Shown here piece after piece: positions 63,255 to 64,000 of a stretch of 64,000 bases of DNA. The notes below the pieces were generated by a model, which was given only the letters and a program-made list of their open reading frames with translations, ran no database searches and was not told where the DNA came from. The translations under genes were made by a program, and so were the position numbers. Every line of letters starts with the position of its first letter. Within the stretch, counting starts at the first letter, position 1. This DNA comes from Cycas panzhihuaensis (lineage: Eukaryota; Plantae; Cycadophyta): positions 168,585,741 to 168,649,740 of the forward strand of contig CM041465.1 in the NCBI GenBank assembly GCA_023213395.1, written 5' to 3'.

Positions 63255-64000
63255 TTTACTGAAAACTTTAGTATATAAAAGGAATATACTTTTACCAAGT
63301 TAAAGAACTCAATAAATCAACAAATATAATAAACTTATAAGATATAATTTTAGATAAAATTTGAAATATAATGAATATATAAGCAAATTTTAAATATAAC
63401 TAAGATCTTCTTAATTATACAAATCTGAATTGAAACTTTGATGATGAAAAATAAAAAATTCTTGACCTCTTGATTTTTTAAATGAATACAAACTTTCAAT
63501 GCAAGAAATGACTTGCTTTTTCAATGCATAAAATCCTTTGCCTTGAAGAAGATATATAAAGATAAAAATTGAAATATACATGTATATTTTACTTTAGAAA
63601 AAATGAAGAAGAAACTTCAAAAAGACGAATTATACCCATTTAAGTTGTAGGTCCACTTGGGGTATCTTAAATGCTTAAGTTTAGTAGATTCAAAGTTGTA
63701 CTAAACAATTTTAGAATAAAGTGAAATTATACCAATATGAAGGTCAATAAAAAAACTATTCAATGGAACTGACCGTTTTAAAAATGAGTTCTTACAAGTT
63801 AATATTTTAATGAACAAAAGATATAGTCCTCCTTTTCAGGCTTAATAGGAGCTTGGGGTATAAAAGTATTATAAAATACTAGTAGAAAATTTGTGGTGCA
63901 ATGTAAAAAGGTCAAATAAAGTTTAGAGAGCTACTTCATATATTTTCAATTGAAAAAATTAAAAAATAATATATAAAAATATGTAATAATAAAATTTTTG

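Larger units (their letters stand above)
62039..64000 (-). mobile_element. Non-autonomous gag-only copia derivative (TR-GAG-like); 5' end beyond the window
   Basis: 3' LTR 62039-62558 (TGTAGG...CCAATA), PPT complement ATCTCCTCCTT (62559-62569), and a gag N-terminus only ~700 bp from the PPT with no pol. Confidence 0.75.

Overview
This is AT-rich plant heterochromatin, most like a gymnosperm given the element types and heavy CG/CHG deamination. I see no host gene, RNA gene or CRISPR array. The window is almost entirely decayed, nested LTR retrotransposons: a 3.4-kb non-autonomous gypsy-derived element (2513-5948), an orphan LTR+PBS (8135-8480), three Ty1/copia elements (9648-14815, 37118-42134, 44471-51288+), three related Tat-clade Ty3/gypsy elements (Tat0 on the minus strand, ~14833-44470+, split by insertions; Tat1, 19533-42913, complete; Tat2, 51289-62038+) and a gag-only copia derivative (62039-end). 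The main result is a modular accessory system in the Tat 3' region. All three Tat elements have lost the first catalytic Asp of the native gypsy RNase H. Tat1 and Tat2 instead carry a free-standing archaeal-type RNase H (aRH) ORF with its own start codon, about 100 nt after a splice acceptor. Tat1 also carries, head-to-head with aRH, a three-exon antisense gene for a plant mobile domain (PMD)-like, acidic, coiled-coil protein whose splice junctions keep the reading frame. The cargo is bracketed by a short direct-repeat motif, and Tat0 has the motifs but no cargo. A second oddity is an array of four tRNA-iMet primer-binding sites inside the U5 end of an LTR (62067-62173). All coding sequences are pseudogenised. 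Family calls come from motif recognition by eye, not from database searches.
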